Notes under the pieces: model-generated | Seen by the model: only the letters and a program-made list of their open reading frames with translations | The model's database searches: none | Told to the model about the DNA's origin: nothing | NCBI GenBank assembly: GCA_046563655.1 | Contig: CM102286.1 | Location: 930,001 to 994,000 of the forward strand | DNA length: 64,000 nt | DNA from: Yuukianura sp. NJ FZ-2021 | Lineage: Eukaryota | Direction: 5' to 3' | Translations under genes and position numbers: made by a program | In this document: positions 13,901 through 26,671 of the stretch, piece after piece | How positions within the stretch are numbered: position 1 is the first letter of the stretch | How the letters are laid out: each line of letters begins with the position of its first letter

Positions 13901-16900
13901 GTCGTTATCATTTGAGATGTGCCCTAGTGGCGCCAATTCATTTTGAAACACAAAGGCGGCGTTGCCATTTTCTGACAGGCAGGTCAAAAGGTCACGAATT
14001 CAAAGTTCATAGAAACGAAAAATTCAAATTTCATAAAAAACGAATTTTTTGTCTTTTGGTACCAAGTTAAGTACGGCAGGTATACGTTTTTCCTTGATTA
14101 CTGAAGAAATTACACAAAATTTAGCCTAGGCTTTTTAGCCTACGTGATCACTTTTGTTTTTGGCGGGAAAAAACTGTAAAGTAAACTTTGGGTTCCATGA
14201 TTCAAAAGTAATTTGAGGCTAATGAAGTTATTCGAGGAGAAAGTTTACTTTTCCTATTCGAATATGTTTTTTGTTTGTGCGTGGAAGAAAGGATAAAAGT
14301 GAAAGCTAGAAATGCTATTCGTACAATGCAAAAGCAGCTGCCACACTTCCACAGGGTTGGGCATATCAGCAGAACAGAGCTGGGCAAAAAAGCTTCAAAG
14401 TTCATGAAAAAGTTTCTTTGTTTTTACCTGAAAAAGTGAAAGTTCCATTGTTCCCTGGATCTCTTCTGGAAGCAACTCTACCTTTGGTCTCTATTTTGGT
14501 CGATAGGGAAAGTATGTTCCTGGAGAAAGGTAAACTTTCACCAGAGCCAGCCACCTTTAAGGTTAACCTAGGGAACATAGGCTAACATAAGGAACCTTTT
14601 TTAACGTAGGGAACCTTTTTGTAACGTATAGACTCCTGGTAGCTCTTTTTTAGGTTCCGTACCTCTCTCCCGGCACTCGTCTGTGGTTATATTGACATTA
14701 TACTCACTCAGCTCTTCATTCTTTCTTTTACCTTTCCAGAATTTATCCTGTCTTGATTTCCCAAAGGACACGAAGGGCCTCTCGCTTCTCACAACTAGGA
14801 AAAAGTGAGGATTTTGCACAAACTTTTTCCCGCGCCTAACACAAAAAGTATCTGAAGGGAACAAAAGGGCACACGAACGGAGAGTTTAGCAAAAGAAAAC
14901 GAAGGTAAGTGGAAAATCTGGTTATTTCTTCTTATTATATTTTCCTATTTTCTCAACTCTAATAAATCTCCACCTCATCAACCTTTTCTGAAAGGCACAC
15001 CTTAACCTTAGCATTCTGGGGTTTAGTTGGGAGAAAGTTGAAGGCAAAACGCCACTTCCACAACATTAAATCTCCAGCATAAATAGTTCGAAGCTGAGCT
15101 TTTCCATTTTGTTACCTGCAAGACACTAAAATTGTTTTCACTTTACCCTTATTTTTCTCACTTTCAAAACCTAAGTAATGATAAAGTGTCGCTTGGAGAA
15201 AGAAAGAAGCTTGAAAAGCTTGACGGAGAAACCCGCAAATCCCTGAATCAAATTAGTTTTTCTTTCTTTCGGTTCAAATTTCAGAAAAAAAAATAAAGCT
15301 CACTTTCTCCCAAATTCTTATCCAATGTGTGCAGGATTTTCTCGTTTTTTCGATTTTTTGTTGTTTAGACAAAAAATCCTGAAATGATTTGCAGGAAAAT
15401 TGAAAAAGGTACCAATTCATCTCTGTCTTGCACTCTTCAAAAAGTTTTAGCAGAAAAACGAACTGCAGGAAGGGAAGACATAAGACCATTTCTATTATTA
15501 GTGCTGATTCACCGAAAATTTTTGCTGCGTTTCCAACAAATTTTCATTTAGAAGAAAAGGGAGAAGGTTGATGCTTTTTTTTGTCAGCGGTGGTAAAACG
15601 GCGGTTTTAGAACTTTCCCCTGCCTGCTTCCAGGATCTATATCTCATTTTATGCACAAAGTATAAAAGGAGAAAGACTTTCACCGTTTTATTACGCTTAG
15701 ACTTTTACTCAATTTCATCCTCCCTGTCTGTCTGCCCCTCCATTTTTCGTTGTTGGAGAGGGTAGGCGGTTAATTGAGTTTGTGCTGATCGTTGGATCCG
15801 TTACTTTGTTGACACACGGAACGAAATCTATGAAGTTAGTTGTACAAAGTTTGGAGGTTGAAGTGCGGAAGGGGTTTTGAAAAGGGCGGGAAAGTATGAT
15901 TTTGTGTGTAGAGAGGGAAGGAAAAGATGATAGAAGATTCATTATTTGCTATTTGTATGCGGTGAGTGAATACATAGCCAGGAAACATAATGGAATTGAG
16001 GGGAGAAAGGGATTGGTTTTTGTTATGATGATACTATTGTGGTAAAGTGCCTTAACATTTCCGTAGTTACGTTCTGTACTTTGGTGTAAGTGGTTGAGCA
16101 AATAATTCTAGTTTGAATTTCGAAACAACTTTTAGAAATTTCGAGAAAACATTCCACAACTTTCACTTTTGGAGAAAACAGGAAATACTTTAAGCCGAGC
16201 AGTTTTCAGAAATTGAGCCACGATGGACATAATTTTGGGTAATGGAGGAATTTTCGATTTTCTGGTTTTTGGTAAACTTGAAATTTTAGTTTTTTGAAAC
16301 CCCCGGCATGTAGTTTTCAAAAATTTGCCTCATGCGATGCCCGATTTGTTTCACTTCCGGGTTCAAGTTTGGATTTTGAAAAAGACCAGGTCGGTTTTTT
16401 ACGATCTGTTTTGAAAATCTGTCGAGTCAGTTTTCTCGTTTTAAAAAAGTAACAAAATCTAAGCAGAAAGGCATCTGTCAAGGAGGTTATGATCGTAATT
16501 TTTTTTTCGTAGAGTGAGAATAAGTCATACTAGACTTGTTTCAAAAAATTTTGAGGGTGAAAGTAATGTTGCATTGCCTATTGAACTCGTCTTGCATAAT
16601 CCATTTTTTCTTGTTCGGTGAAAGTGAGATGTTGTTTAGGGGAGAGTTTTTTTGTGCCTGGAAATCTCATTTGTTACAGTCCGTATATTGCATGATGACT
16701 TTGTGCGATGGATTCGGGATGAGTTTTTTTTTCTCTTGCGGTGGAAGAATCCCATTTCCATTTGCTCATCTAGCAACACTATGCTGGCGGTTCCTCTTGA
16801 CTGAAGATTCATGCTACGATGGTTGTAGCTTTCTCCAATTTTCTCGTTCTGCCTTCTTTACCAGCATAAAGTCACATCTTCAACTTTTTTTGAAAAAGAA

Positions 16901-18889
16901 GATCTCTTTCAGAGTTCCGAGGGTCTTAAGAAAGGATTTGGGATTGAAAGGCTATTTTCAATCGCGGCTTTAAGGCTGGACTTTTGGTTTCGGACTTCAG
17001 TGAGCTCTAATGCAGTTTTCGTCTTTTCAGAACCAAATAATCAACTAGAACCAGGCACCACATCAACAAAAAAACGCGGGAAAGCTCACCGCATTTCGAA
17101 AAAAGCGGGAGAAAGCTAACCGCATGGAGTCTGTTTAAAATGAAAACGAAAGAAGAATGGGAACTTATTTTGGCAACTTTGATTTTGGCTTCTATTGTTG
17201 TCGCTTTCTTTGGTTATTTTGGTGATGCTTTCTTTTTTGGTGTCAGTGAGGTCAAAATGTTGAAGAATGGAAGATCTAATGAGATCCTGGAGAATCTTTT
17301 TCAGACTTTTCAGACTTTTAGTGACCTGGAGACTAGCTAGACTCTTTTCCAGACTTGGCTGGAGAATGACCTGGGCTAAACTACAAGCTCAGAGGTGGTG
17401 GAATTGAATTATGGTGAAGTTCTACACATGTAGGAGTTGGAGATAATGGTCATTGGGGAAACGTGTGTTTACACCCTAACCAACGACTTTCACGCGTAGT
17501 TTTCTAGCCTAACTGTTTTTGTGCTTTCTCCTCCAGAGAAAGCCTTGGTGGAGCCAAAAACGGAGCTAGGTGCAGTTTTTTTTAGTCCCATTGACTATTG
17601 ATGATCCATTGGGAGTCGTAAAGTGGAAAAAGCCATGGAATGTGGCAAACCAACTAGAGTGCTAACTGTGGTCGTAACGGAGGTGCTAAAAAGTCGTTTA
17701 GTGACAAATGAGAACTTTCAAAATCCAGTGAATGCAAATTTTTCACGTCCAAGCTTCCGTTGCAATTTTGTCTAAAAATTCCTTTTGAGAAAAGTTTCGA
17801 AAGTTTGAGAACAGATCGATTTTCGCGGTATAAGTTTTTCCTTTAATTACTTTTTTAAACTTGTTTTTGGGTTGAACATGATCCAATTTTGGGCAGAATT
17901 TGGACAAAAGTGGAACTGGTCGAAACTGGACATAAGAAAGTGTATTTGCCTTTTGAGAGTCTAATTGGACAGAGTTGACAAGGAAAGGAAACGAAGTCGT
18001 TTTGTCTGACTTTCCTTCCGGCTCACTTTTTCTCTTCGTTAGCTCAAACCTAATGCCCATTGTTGGTCACAGAATTTGAACTTTGGCGGGTTTTTCTTCC
18101 TGTACATTTTGGAAACTCTAAGGAAGTGGATGGAATTATTAATGAAATAATTTTACTTTTCCCTCCCTTGTTCTCTTGATTGACATTTGAACCAATGTTT
18201 GTCTGTACTATTGATTGAAACGTTACTTTAATAACCGATGTTACTTTAATAAATGCAATTTCTGCACTGAGCTAATAAGTGAAAGTTTCGATTTTTTGAA
18301 AAATTACCGGTGTTCCCCATTTCTCGATATTTTACGAATTTTGACTCCCACGCAACAAATTTCAAAATTTTAATTCCAATTTCCCCATCCACCTCCGCAA
18401 AATCTTGGCTCGAGAGAATCTACTATAATCTCAAAAAATGTTTATTGAAAGATATGAATTGAAAATTTAAAAATTTCATAACAATTACATCGCAGAGAAA
18501 AAAAAAAGTTTAAAAAAGAATATAGGTTGCCCAGTGCCACAAATACAAACTAAAATCAATAAGAAAAGTTTCACCTTGGCGTGCCGGATGTGTAAGTCGA
18601 AATTGATTAGAAGGTGAAAGACATTTGTAATTATTTGAGCCTACTCAAATATAAGCTCACTCTCCACCTAAACCCACCCTCTCCACCCCCTCACTCACTT
18701 TAATATTCAAGTAAAAGCGGAGAGTGGGGGCGGTGGGGCGGACTGTCCCACTACCGAATTCCACCCACTTGTCAGGCAATGATAACCTTTCGGTCGCCCA
18801 CGACTTTCCTACCAATTTATAACATTGAGGACAAAAAATTCCAAGTGAAAGTGTCACTCTTCTGTCAACTTTTCGTCATTTCGGAATTG

Positions 18890-18957
18890 GTTCGCAGTGG
18901 TGTAGGTTCACCACCTGCTTCTGGTGGTAGCCAGTTCGAATCCTACGACAGTTTTTT
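18890..18957 (+). other. tRNA-like / tRNA-derived SINE head (degenerate Pol III unit)
   Basis: A-box-like gtggtgtagg, hairpin accacc-7nt-ggtggt (18910-18928), B-box gttcgaatcc (18934-18943), T6 run (18952-18957). The T-stem does not pair, so this is not a functional tRNA. Confidence 0.4.
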
Positions 18958-21900
18958 ATTTACAGTTGGGGCGAAACTGTATTTTTTACTTAAGGAGGAG
19001 AAAGCAGCACGTCACTCTTGAGAATGACATAAGTTTGTTCTTTTGTGTGTCAAGTTATGCCAAATTTAGTGACTGACAGGCCACTAAAGTGCTAAAGTGA
19101 CAGGAAAACTGTTTTTGAAGACGCCAAGGAAAATCATTTTAGATGCCAAAACAATTTTTGAGGCAGGTGAAAGTCGTTTTTTGGCAAAAAGTTGTTTTTA
19201 AAAGTTAGGCGCCTAGCGTTTTCTACGCATTTGGTGGATTGATCACTTTGGAAAGTGAAAGTCAGGGTGAAAGCAGGAGTGAACCAGTTAACTGTCATTG
19301 TTCCTGTTATTGCTCTCGTGCTTTCTCCATTGCTTCTGTTTGTAAAGAGTTGGCGGGAGTAACTATTAGTGCTTCTCCGGAACTACGCTCATCATCATCT
19401 CCTTTTGGTACGTAATTTTGCATTGTTTGGGCATTAGAGTCGTAGGAGAGGGTAGCATCACTTCTTAATTGTGCTCCGGATGGTTTGGATGTCTCACAGG
19501 AAGAGGAAAGTAATTGCCAAATGAACTCTATTAATAGACTTACAAATGGCTTTGCTTTCTCTTGAAACATGCAGTAAAGCACAGTTGTAGTAAAGTGGTG
19601 CGCACCTTGTGAGGTGCTCGGGTATTGAGGAAATTGAGATAAATATTTAATACTTTCCCCAAACTGTGACACGTGACGAAGACACTTTCTCTGTAATGGA
19701 ATTGGAAATGACAGGAAATGTTTTTACTCCAGAGGAGGTCGTTTCCTATTCCTCACATTTTCCCGCCCAAATGACCTCAACACTCTCACCTTCTCAAATA
19801 ATTTACTCAACAACTTCCATTTTCATTTTCAAATACACGAACTTTCGCACCACAAAGAAAAAAGTTATCAGTAGCTGTTGGGGTTTTATTAATGAAGTTT
19901 GGCTTTGTCAGTTTCATTCAAAATTTAGTTTAAAAAAAGTACTTTTGTTCTTTTGTTTGTTTGTACTTTGTCCCTGTACTTTTTTGTCTTTTTTTACGCC
20001 GAGTTGCAGAAATTGACCGCAAATTTTAATTTTGTGTTAAATTTTGGAACGATTGAGAGAATCGGACGTATCGCAAGTCTCCTTTTTGTGTTATAGCGTT
20101 CTATATTGACTTTGTTTTAATTCTACAATTTAGTTTGGTCTCATCATTGGCTTTCTTTTTTCGTTTTTAGCTTATTGCTTTTGATTTGTTTTTTCAAAGG
20201 AAACAAAAGTTAATTAAAATATTGAATTTCTTCATTTTTCAAAAGTGATACTCAGCGACATAACTTCTCAAGTTTCAAATAAGTTTTTGAACCCCACACA
20301 CAAACACAAAGCATTCAAGTGGTGAGGATCTTAAGAACTTTAAATAGCATTTTGATTCCATCCAATTAACTTCTGTGTTGACTACTTTTCAATTTAATTC
20401 AATCTTAAAACAAGCCTCATTTCAAATTTTCAAAATTGGTTTCTTTCAAAACGTCTGTCAGAAAAACCGTTTAGAAAAGCAGAAGGTTTTCAGCTGGCTC
20501 CTTGAGCAGTTGAAGAATTTAATTAGTCGAATAATGTAAGGCGGAAGAATCAAATTTCGGAATGATGTAGTATCCCAAACCTTGTTTTCATGGTTCATTT
20601 TGAATTAGGTTTAGAAAATGGAGTGCACAGGAGTTTGAATGTTGAGATTTGAACTTTTGAGTAACGGGAAGTGACGGGGAGTGAGGGAATTAATTGGAAT
20701 TGGAGCATAATTTGTGGAGTGGTTGGAGATCTGTAAGTGTTTGAGCACCACTTGGCAGCTTGTTAGCTATGTTCAAAGTTAGGTTCTCGCCTATGTTAAA
20801 CTATGTTTTAAAGTTAGGTTTTTAGCCTATGTTGAGCCGTGAATTAAAAAAGAAGCGTGGGTCTATTTGGCGAGAGGCGGGAGAATGGGATTTTGTTGTT
20901 TTGTAATTAATGCCCTGTCTCAGGCCCATCAACTTCCCAACACAGGGTGTCACTCCCACTTGGATGGAGACGAAACGGCGGGAAATTTCAAACTCAAACT
21001 AGGCCACTTTTCAGTTTGGTCCAAAACAGCACTATCCATTGTCTCCTCGCCTCTTGACAAATTGATGACATCAAAACTCAGTTTTGCGCAATCCTAGTTG
21101 GATCGGTACAAAAATTTTCTCGGTAACTCGGTAAACCTTTCGGTAATTCGGCAAACCGAGAACAATAACCTGATGCACATAATAACGAAAGTTGAAGTTT
21201 TTCTTCTTGCAAAAAAAAATATGGTTCAACTTTTTTTTTGTTCCGGATCTCCGGTACACGATACCCGGTTTCCGACACCGGAACAGTGGAGTCGTTTCAC
21301 ACCTCTGGTCATGTTACACTTTTCACTCACTCCAACTTTTACTGGATTTTGCACTTGACAAAGCTTGTTGGAACTTTCGTCTATTATATATCTCAGACGT
21401 GAAGAGTAGGCCAAGTTAGGCTTTTAGTAAGGTTAGTCTTTAATGAAATAATGAGTGAAAGTACTATAGCCATCACTTGGAGAAAGTGACGAAAGACTAT
21501 GGAAACTGTACTATGTTATTTTCAGTATCCAGACAGAAACTGTTGTTCTCTCTTAGTCCCGCCATTATTAAATTTCTTCAAATTAAATTCCGTCGTATCG
21601 TGTGAGCTACTTTTTGGAATTTTGTTTCTTGGCCTGTAGTTAGTTACTAATTGCTCATTTTAAAATTCAGTTCATTTTCTCTCTTCTTTGCAACAGAGGA
21701 AACTCATTTTGGATTTTGTTCTAAAAAGGATCGTTTTGTCTCGTGTATTATTAAACTGCTCTTCTCTTGCTTAGAAATGGAATATATCCCAAGGGAATAT
21801 TTGGAATTTGTATCATTAAATCTTCAAATACAAAACAACATATACTATACAAAACGTGTAAAACGTAAAGGAAAACAAATGTTCTTTTGTTTTAGTAAAG

Positions 21901-24900
21901 GAAAAGGAGGCAGTGGGTTTTTGTATTACAGGTGAAAACAAAGAGAGCGGAGCGAAAGCACGAAAATTTGAATTATGTTTTCTCCTTTTGTCTCTTCTTT
22001 TTCCTAACGTCGAAATGAGAGCTTGTTCGTTTCTTCAGAATTTAGAATGATACACTGCTCTACTTTCTCTTTTGTTAACTTTCTTCAGGTGAGGAACAAA
22101 AGAGCGAAGGATGCTGGAGATACTGGTATGTAATTAATTGGATTTTAGATTCAATTGGCACTGGCGAATTTTCAAAAAAAAAATCCCACTTCTAATTAAG
22201 ACGAAGTTTTTTCTCCTTTTTTTTTTGAGAGAGAAGGACGTAGTTGAGAAAATGGCGGCGGGAGGGAGAAAGTTTGAATTTTTGATTCTTGTTTCAAAAT
22301 TTGAGACTTTGAAATGTTCGTGGGACGTTGAGTTGTGGAAAAATTAAAATGCAAAGCTAGAAATGACGTTGGAGGAGACGCAGAAGGATGTTAATAAAAT
22401 TTTGGTCTTTGCTGCTTATTTGCTTGGGAGAGACAAAGGAGAAAGAGTAAGATGAGCCAGTTTCCATTTCCAGTTGTCTGATTCTTAATCTTTATTCGAA
22501 TGAGGACTGAATGACGTCCTGGAGCTATTCAGCTTCCTTAGATTTCAAACTCTCTGACTCCAAAACTCGGTTCTTATTTCCTCCCTTTAGGAGGATTTGA
22601 ATCCACTTCCGCCAGGAGAGCCACAGACGACAATGAGAGAAAGGAGAGAGCGTGTTCCCTTTCATTTCAATTGGATTCTGGAGACTTTGAGTGTAAAGTC
22701 TTAGGAACAAGGGAAGTGGAATGGAATTTCAGAATGGAGTCCAGCAGTACAAGGCTCCTTTTACAACCGCTCTCCTTCCAGAAGCCTATTACTTAAATTA
22801 GGTGCCTAGAATGATGTCATCCTAAGAAAACAGTTCAGTTCAAACTGCTTTTCAAAGAATATAAAGTTGCGGTGGTCGTGGTCTCGACTTGCATCAACTT
22901 AAGTAAATCCAATAATTCCAAAAGTTAGAATACCGTAAAACTTCTAATAGAACCCAGCTCATGATAAAATCCCAAACGGTTTCTCAAACACAGTGGAGTT
23001 TTCGTAAAGTTTTCCGGTAAGGAGTTGTAGTGATGTTTGAGTTTTTTTTTGGAAGTTATACTATAGTTTGTCTATTTTTAGAAGGCACTTTTGTTTTCGA
23101 CATTTTTTCGCTTCTATTGCGACGCGTATGGAAAAACTTAGGTTTCCAAAACCACTTTCTCCATTTAGTTTGTATACAAAATTTCACAAAATTGATAATT
23201 TCTAAGTTAATTAAACTAATAAGCTTACTCAAATTTTTTCAAATTTGAAAAATTCCTTCTAAAAATAAACTATGGGTTATTTTTTTTTAAATAATTTTGA
23301 AGACAAACCAGGAATTGGCACGAGTTAGTGCGTGTATGCTGGAGTTGTTGTGAAGCAGCTTGTGGACCAGAAGGAGTTGGGCACTTTGATGGAGTGTGAC
23401 TCCAGCAGTTGTCCAGGTACTGAAATTTATCCTGGAAGTTGAGCTGCTGAGTTGTAATGAGAAAAGTCCGAGAAAGAGAAAGTGGAGAGCATGTGGAGTG
23501 AGAGAGTGGAAATAAATGAGACTCGTATATCAATATGATTAATGGAAGATAGAGGGGAGACTGGAACCATATGACGCAGATTTCCACTTCAAACAACATC
23601 ATCATCATGCCACATGAACTATTACTAGAGCACAAGAATTCTCCAAATTTTGTTTTTTTAGAGAAAAATTATTTAATTTTGGCACTCGACTCATAAACTT
23701 TTGTGATGCAAGTATAACTTGACACGAAATTTGTAAAAATTGAATTTTATGACACTTTTTATATGGCCCAATTGAGTTGCGTCGGAATCTGCTAACAAAG
23801 TTGCAGTTTTTGGCAAAAGTTGGTAGATATTAATAGCCGTTTTGCTAGTATACTTTTTTTGGAGCGAATCTTAAAATATTTTCCCGTTTGGCAAAAAAAT
23901 ATGACTTACAGAGAACTTTTTCATCATTTTTTAAAAAGTAACAAGGCCTACATTGTTTTTGTTAACGACGTTGTTTACCAAAAATATGTTTTTTGACACG
24001 TGTAAATAACTAACAAGAAAAGTTCGAAAGAGGTTTTTGTTCAAGTGCCAATGAGCTTGGGGATTTAAACACATTTTTATTGTTCATAAAAGTACTTCAA
24101 TAAAAAATGAAATCTTTTCGCACAATTTTAGTTTCGTAACTTTACAACTTCCTACCAACAAATAAAAAAAAACTGATTTTGATTTTGCTAGTTTACAGAA
24201 ATTGCAACATTCTCCCCAAAATTGCACAAACAAAAAGTTCCTCATAAAATTGCCAAAAAATTGTGAACTACGCAAAAAGATATTGTTGAAGTAAACCCCC
24301 AATTTATATTTTTAGGCTCATAATCTTTGTTCTAAATCAAAACTTTTTGTACTAAATTTTTTCTGTATCCGCTAAAAATTAAAAATGTGGCGGTTGTTGT
24401 CTTGTTTATGTCTGTTTTTAAGAAATTCTAGTTTCTAGAGGTTTCTAAGTTTTTGGCTCAGATTTTTAGTCTGTGCCAATTGAGTCATTTGCGTCATGTT
24501 CAGGTTCTTTTGGAGGTCCTTGGGAAGTGAATTGTCTATTGGAATACTAATAGGCTTCCAGTGCATGTAGTAGTTGTGGAACTAAAAGTCGTTTTTAGCC
24601 GTTTTTGAGCAAGTGAGGTACTAAAAGTCCTTCAAAGGCTCTAAGAACCTCTAAGAGCCATTTTGGCCTTCAGTTCCAGCCGACACTTGAGACAAAACCG
24701 GGCAAAAGCCACAAAACTCAGGTGGCGCAATTTTCAAAATTAATGATTATGTGCTTATTATAAAACTGGAAAATGGAAATCTATTTCCCTTGCTTTTGTG
24801 TCTTCTTCAACCAATCCAAAATCTTTTGTCCAAAAAAGTAGTACACAAATAATAAAAAGCTGAAAAGATGGTCTAAAATTAGAATCCAGATTTTAGAAGC

Positions 24901-26671
24901 CGATAAACTCCGATTTCACCCTTGGTTGTTCCGCTTTCATGATGGTACGACCTCCATATTTTCTTAGAAGCTCCATCCTTCCTGTTTATTGTGGAATGTG
25001 GAATGTCGTGCCATTATTTTTTGCACAAGGAAAACAACACCGGAGACCAAAATAAGTCAAGTGGGTTGTTTAGAATTTTTGGAGTCTTTTCAAACAAGTC
25101 TTGTTCTAAAAACTTATTTTAAAAGAGACAATGGAGGGAAGTGTTCTTGTTTGGCGCAAACATTTGAAATTGCATTCTATCCTCATTTTCTTCCTTGTAC
25201 ACTTCAATTATGCGAACTACCACCTCGGTATTCTTTTCAAATGAATCACACTTTTTGGCAACAACAACAACAGTTTTTCGCTTGGCAAACTTTTCTATTT
25301 TGGTGAAAATTAGCAACACAATTTGCAAAACGGCAGATTTTTGGTTGCACAAAATGACAACGTTTTGTATAGAAAATGTGCCAAAGGTACGTTTTTGTGC
25401 GTTAAAAAATGTAAACGGAAGTGGAAGCTAAATTTGGAAAAATTCTCAGGCGGAATTTTGCCAAAAGCATTTTTTAAACATTTTTTTAAAAAGTGTTGGT
25501 ACAATACAAAAACCCACTTTTTGTTAACATATTTGTGCCATGTCGTGATAACACTATTAACCTGTCGTCGGTTTTTGCACTGCCTAATAGATTTCCCTTA
25601 TCCCCTTGACTGATGACTCATTTTTGCAAAATACAAAGCAAACCCATATTTCACGGCAGCAAGAATTTTAAAATCCTTTTTTTGCCACTTCTGGATCCAA
25701 AAATGTTTGGAGCCAAAACCCCCATTTTTTCTAAAAATTTCTAAAGAAAAGTAAAATTCTGTTTTCCAAAATTTATTGCGGCACTAATTCCAAAGTTTCT
25801 CTTTGAATTTGGAAACTTTCACCGCCTTTCAATTTAGAGTAAAAATCGTAACTCTTGAACCAATTTTCTTGCAATTCAAAAGATTCTCCAGCAAAGACCG
25901 AATTCAAAAAAGAAGTTTTAAAGATTTTGGCGGGACAGGTATTCATGCTTTTTGATTTGAATAATGATCTTTGGAGAAAAGTGTTTTTCGTTTTCAAAAT
26001 TTGGAAACATCCTTTCAACAACTTTTGAGGCAATTTGTTTACCATTTCGACTTTTCACTTTTCAGAAAACTTGAAAAACGTTGGTTGTAGAGAGCGTTAG
26101 TGTCGATATTTTAAAAAAAATCGTTCTTCAACGAAATGCAAACGTTGAGTCAAAAAGTCTGAAGACAAAATTTCGGAGTTGATGTTTATTTTGCATCAGA
26201 CGGAAAAGCACACTTTTCGAACTGATCTTTTCGTTTTTCGTCTTATTTTGTTGTTTTTTTTTGAGGAGAGGAAGTGAGTAGATGAAAAGCTTTTGTAATT
26301 ATCGGGAGGAGGGAGGGCGAAGGAAGTAAATGTGCTTCCAGTGTTTATTTATGCAGCTTCCAAAGCGTCTTGAACTACAAGGGAGGGAGTATTTGAAAGT
26401 TCTTGACTTTGGATCTCCATGGGAACTGGCTGGAGATAAGACAGAGGTTATGTAATTGAATGGAAGGGAGCCAGACATAACCCTTCACCCTAACATGTTA
26501 GGCTATGTTCTGGAAGTGGGGCGGAAGGCGGGAGAGTATGAAACGTCTAATGTAAATATTATTTTTGGTTGGATGAATTGCAGAGGCCCTTTGCTACCTC
26601 ACGCTGGATGGTCGTGGATGGCTTATTCGGCTGCAACTGAACCCACGTCCCGCCGCCGCCTAGGCCCCACC

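Noticed and set aside
1292..26045. Dozens of 60-157 aa ORFs (e.g. 11321-11794, 13158-13577, 16536-16973, 19307-19672, 23270-23635)
   Set aside because: F/K/L-rich translations of AT-rich non-coding DNA, often with TTG/GTG starts, no domains and no consistent exon chain.
26456..26671. N-terminal extension of the kirre ORF in the track (MNGREPD...)
   Set aside because: Starts at TTG and runs through an intron acceptor at 26581-26583. The signal peptide begins at ATG 26672.
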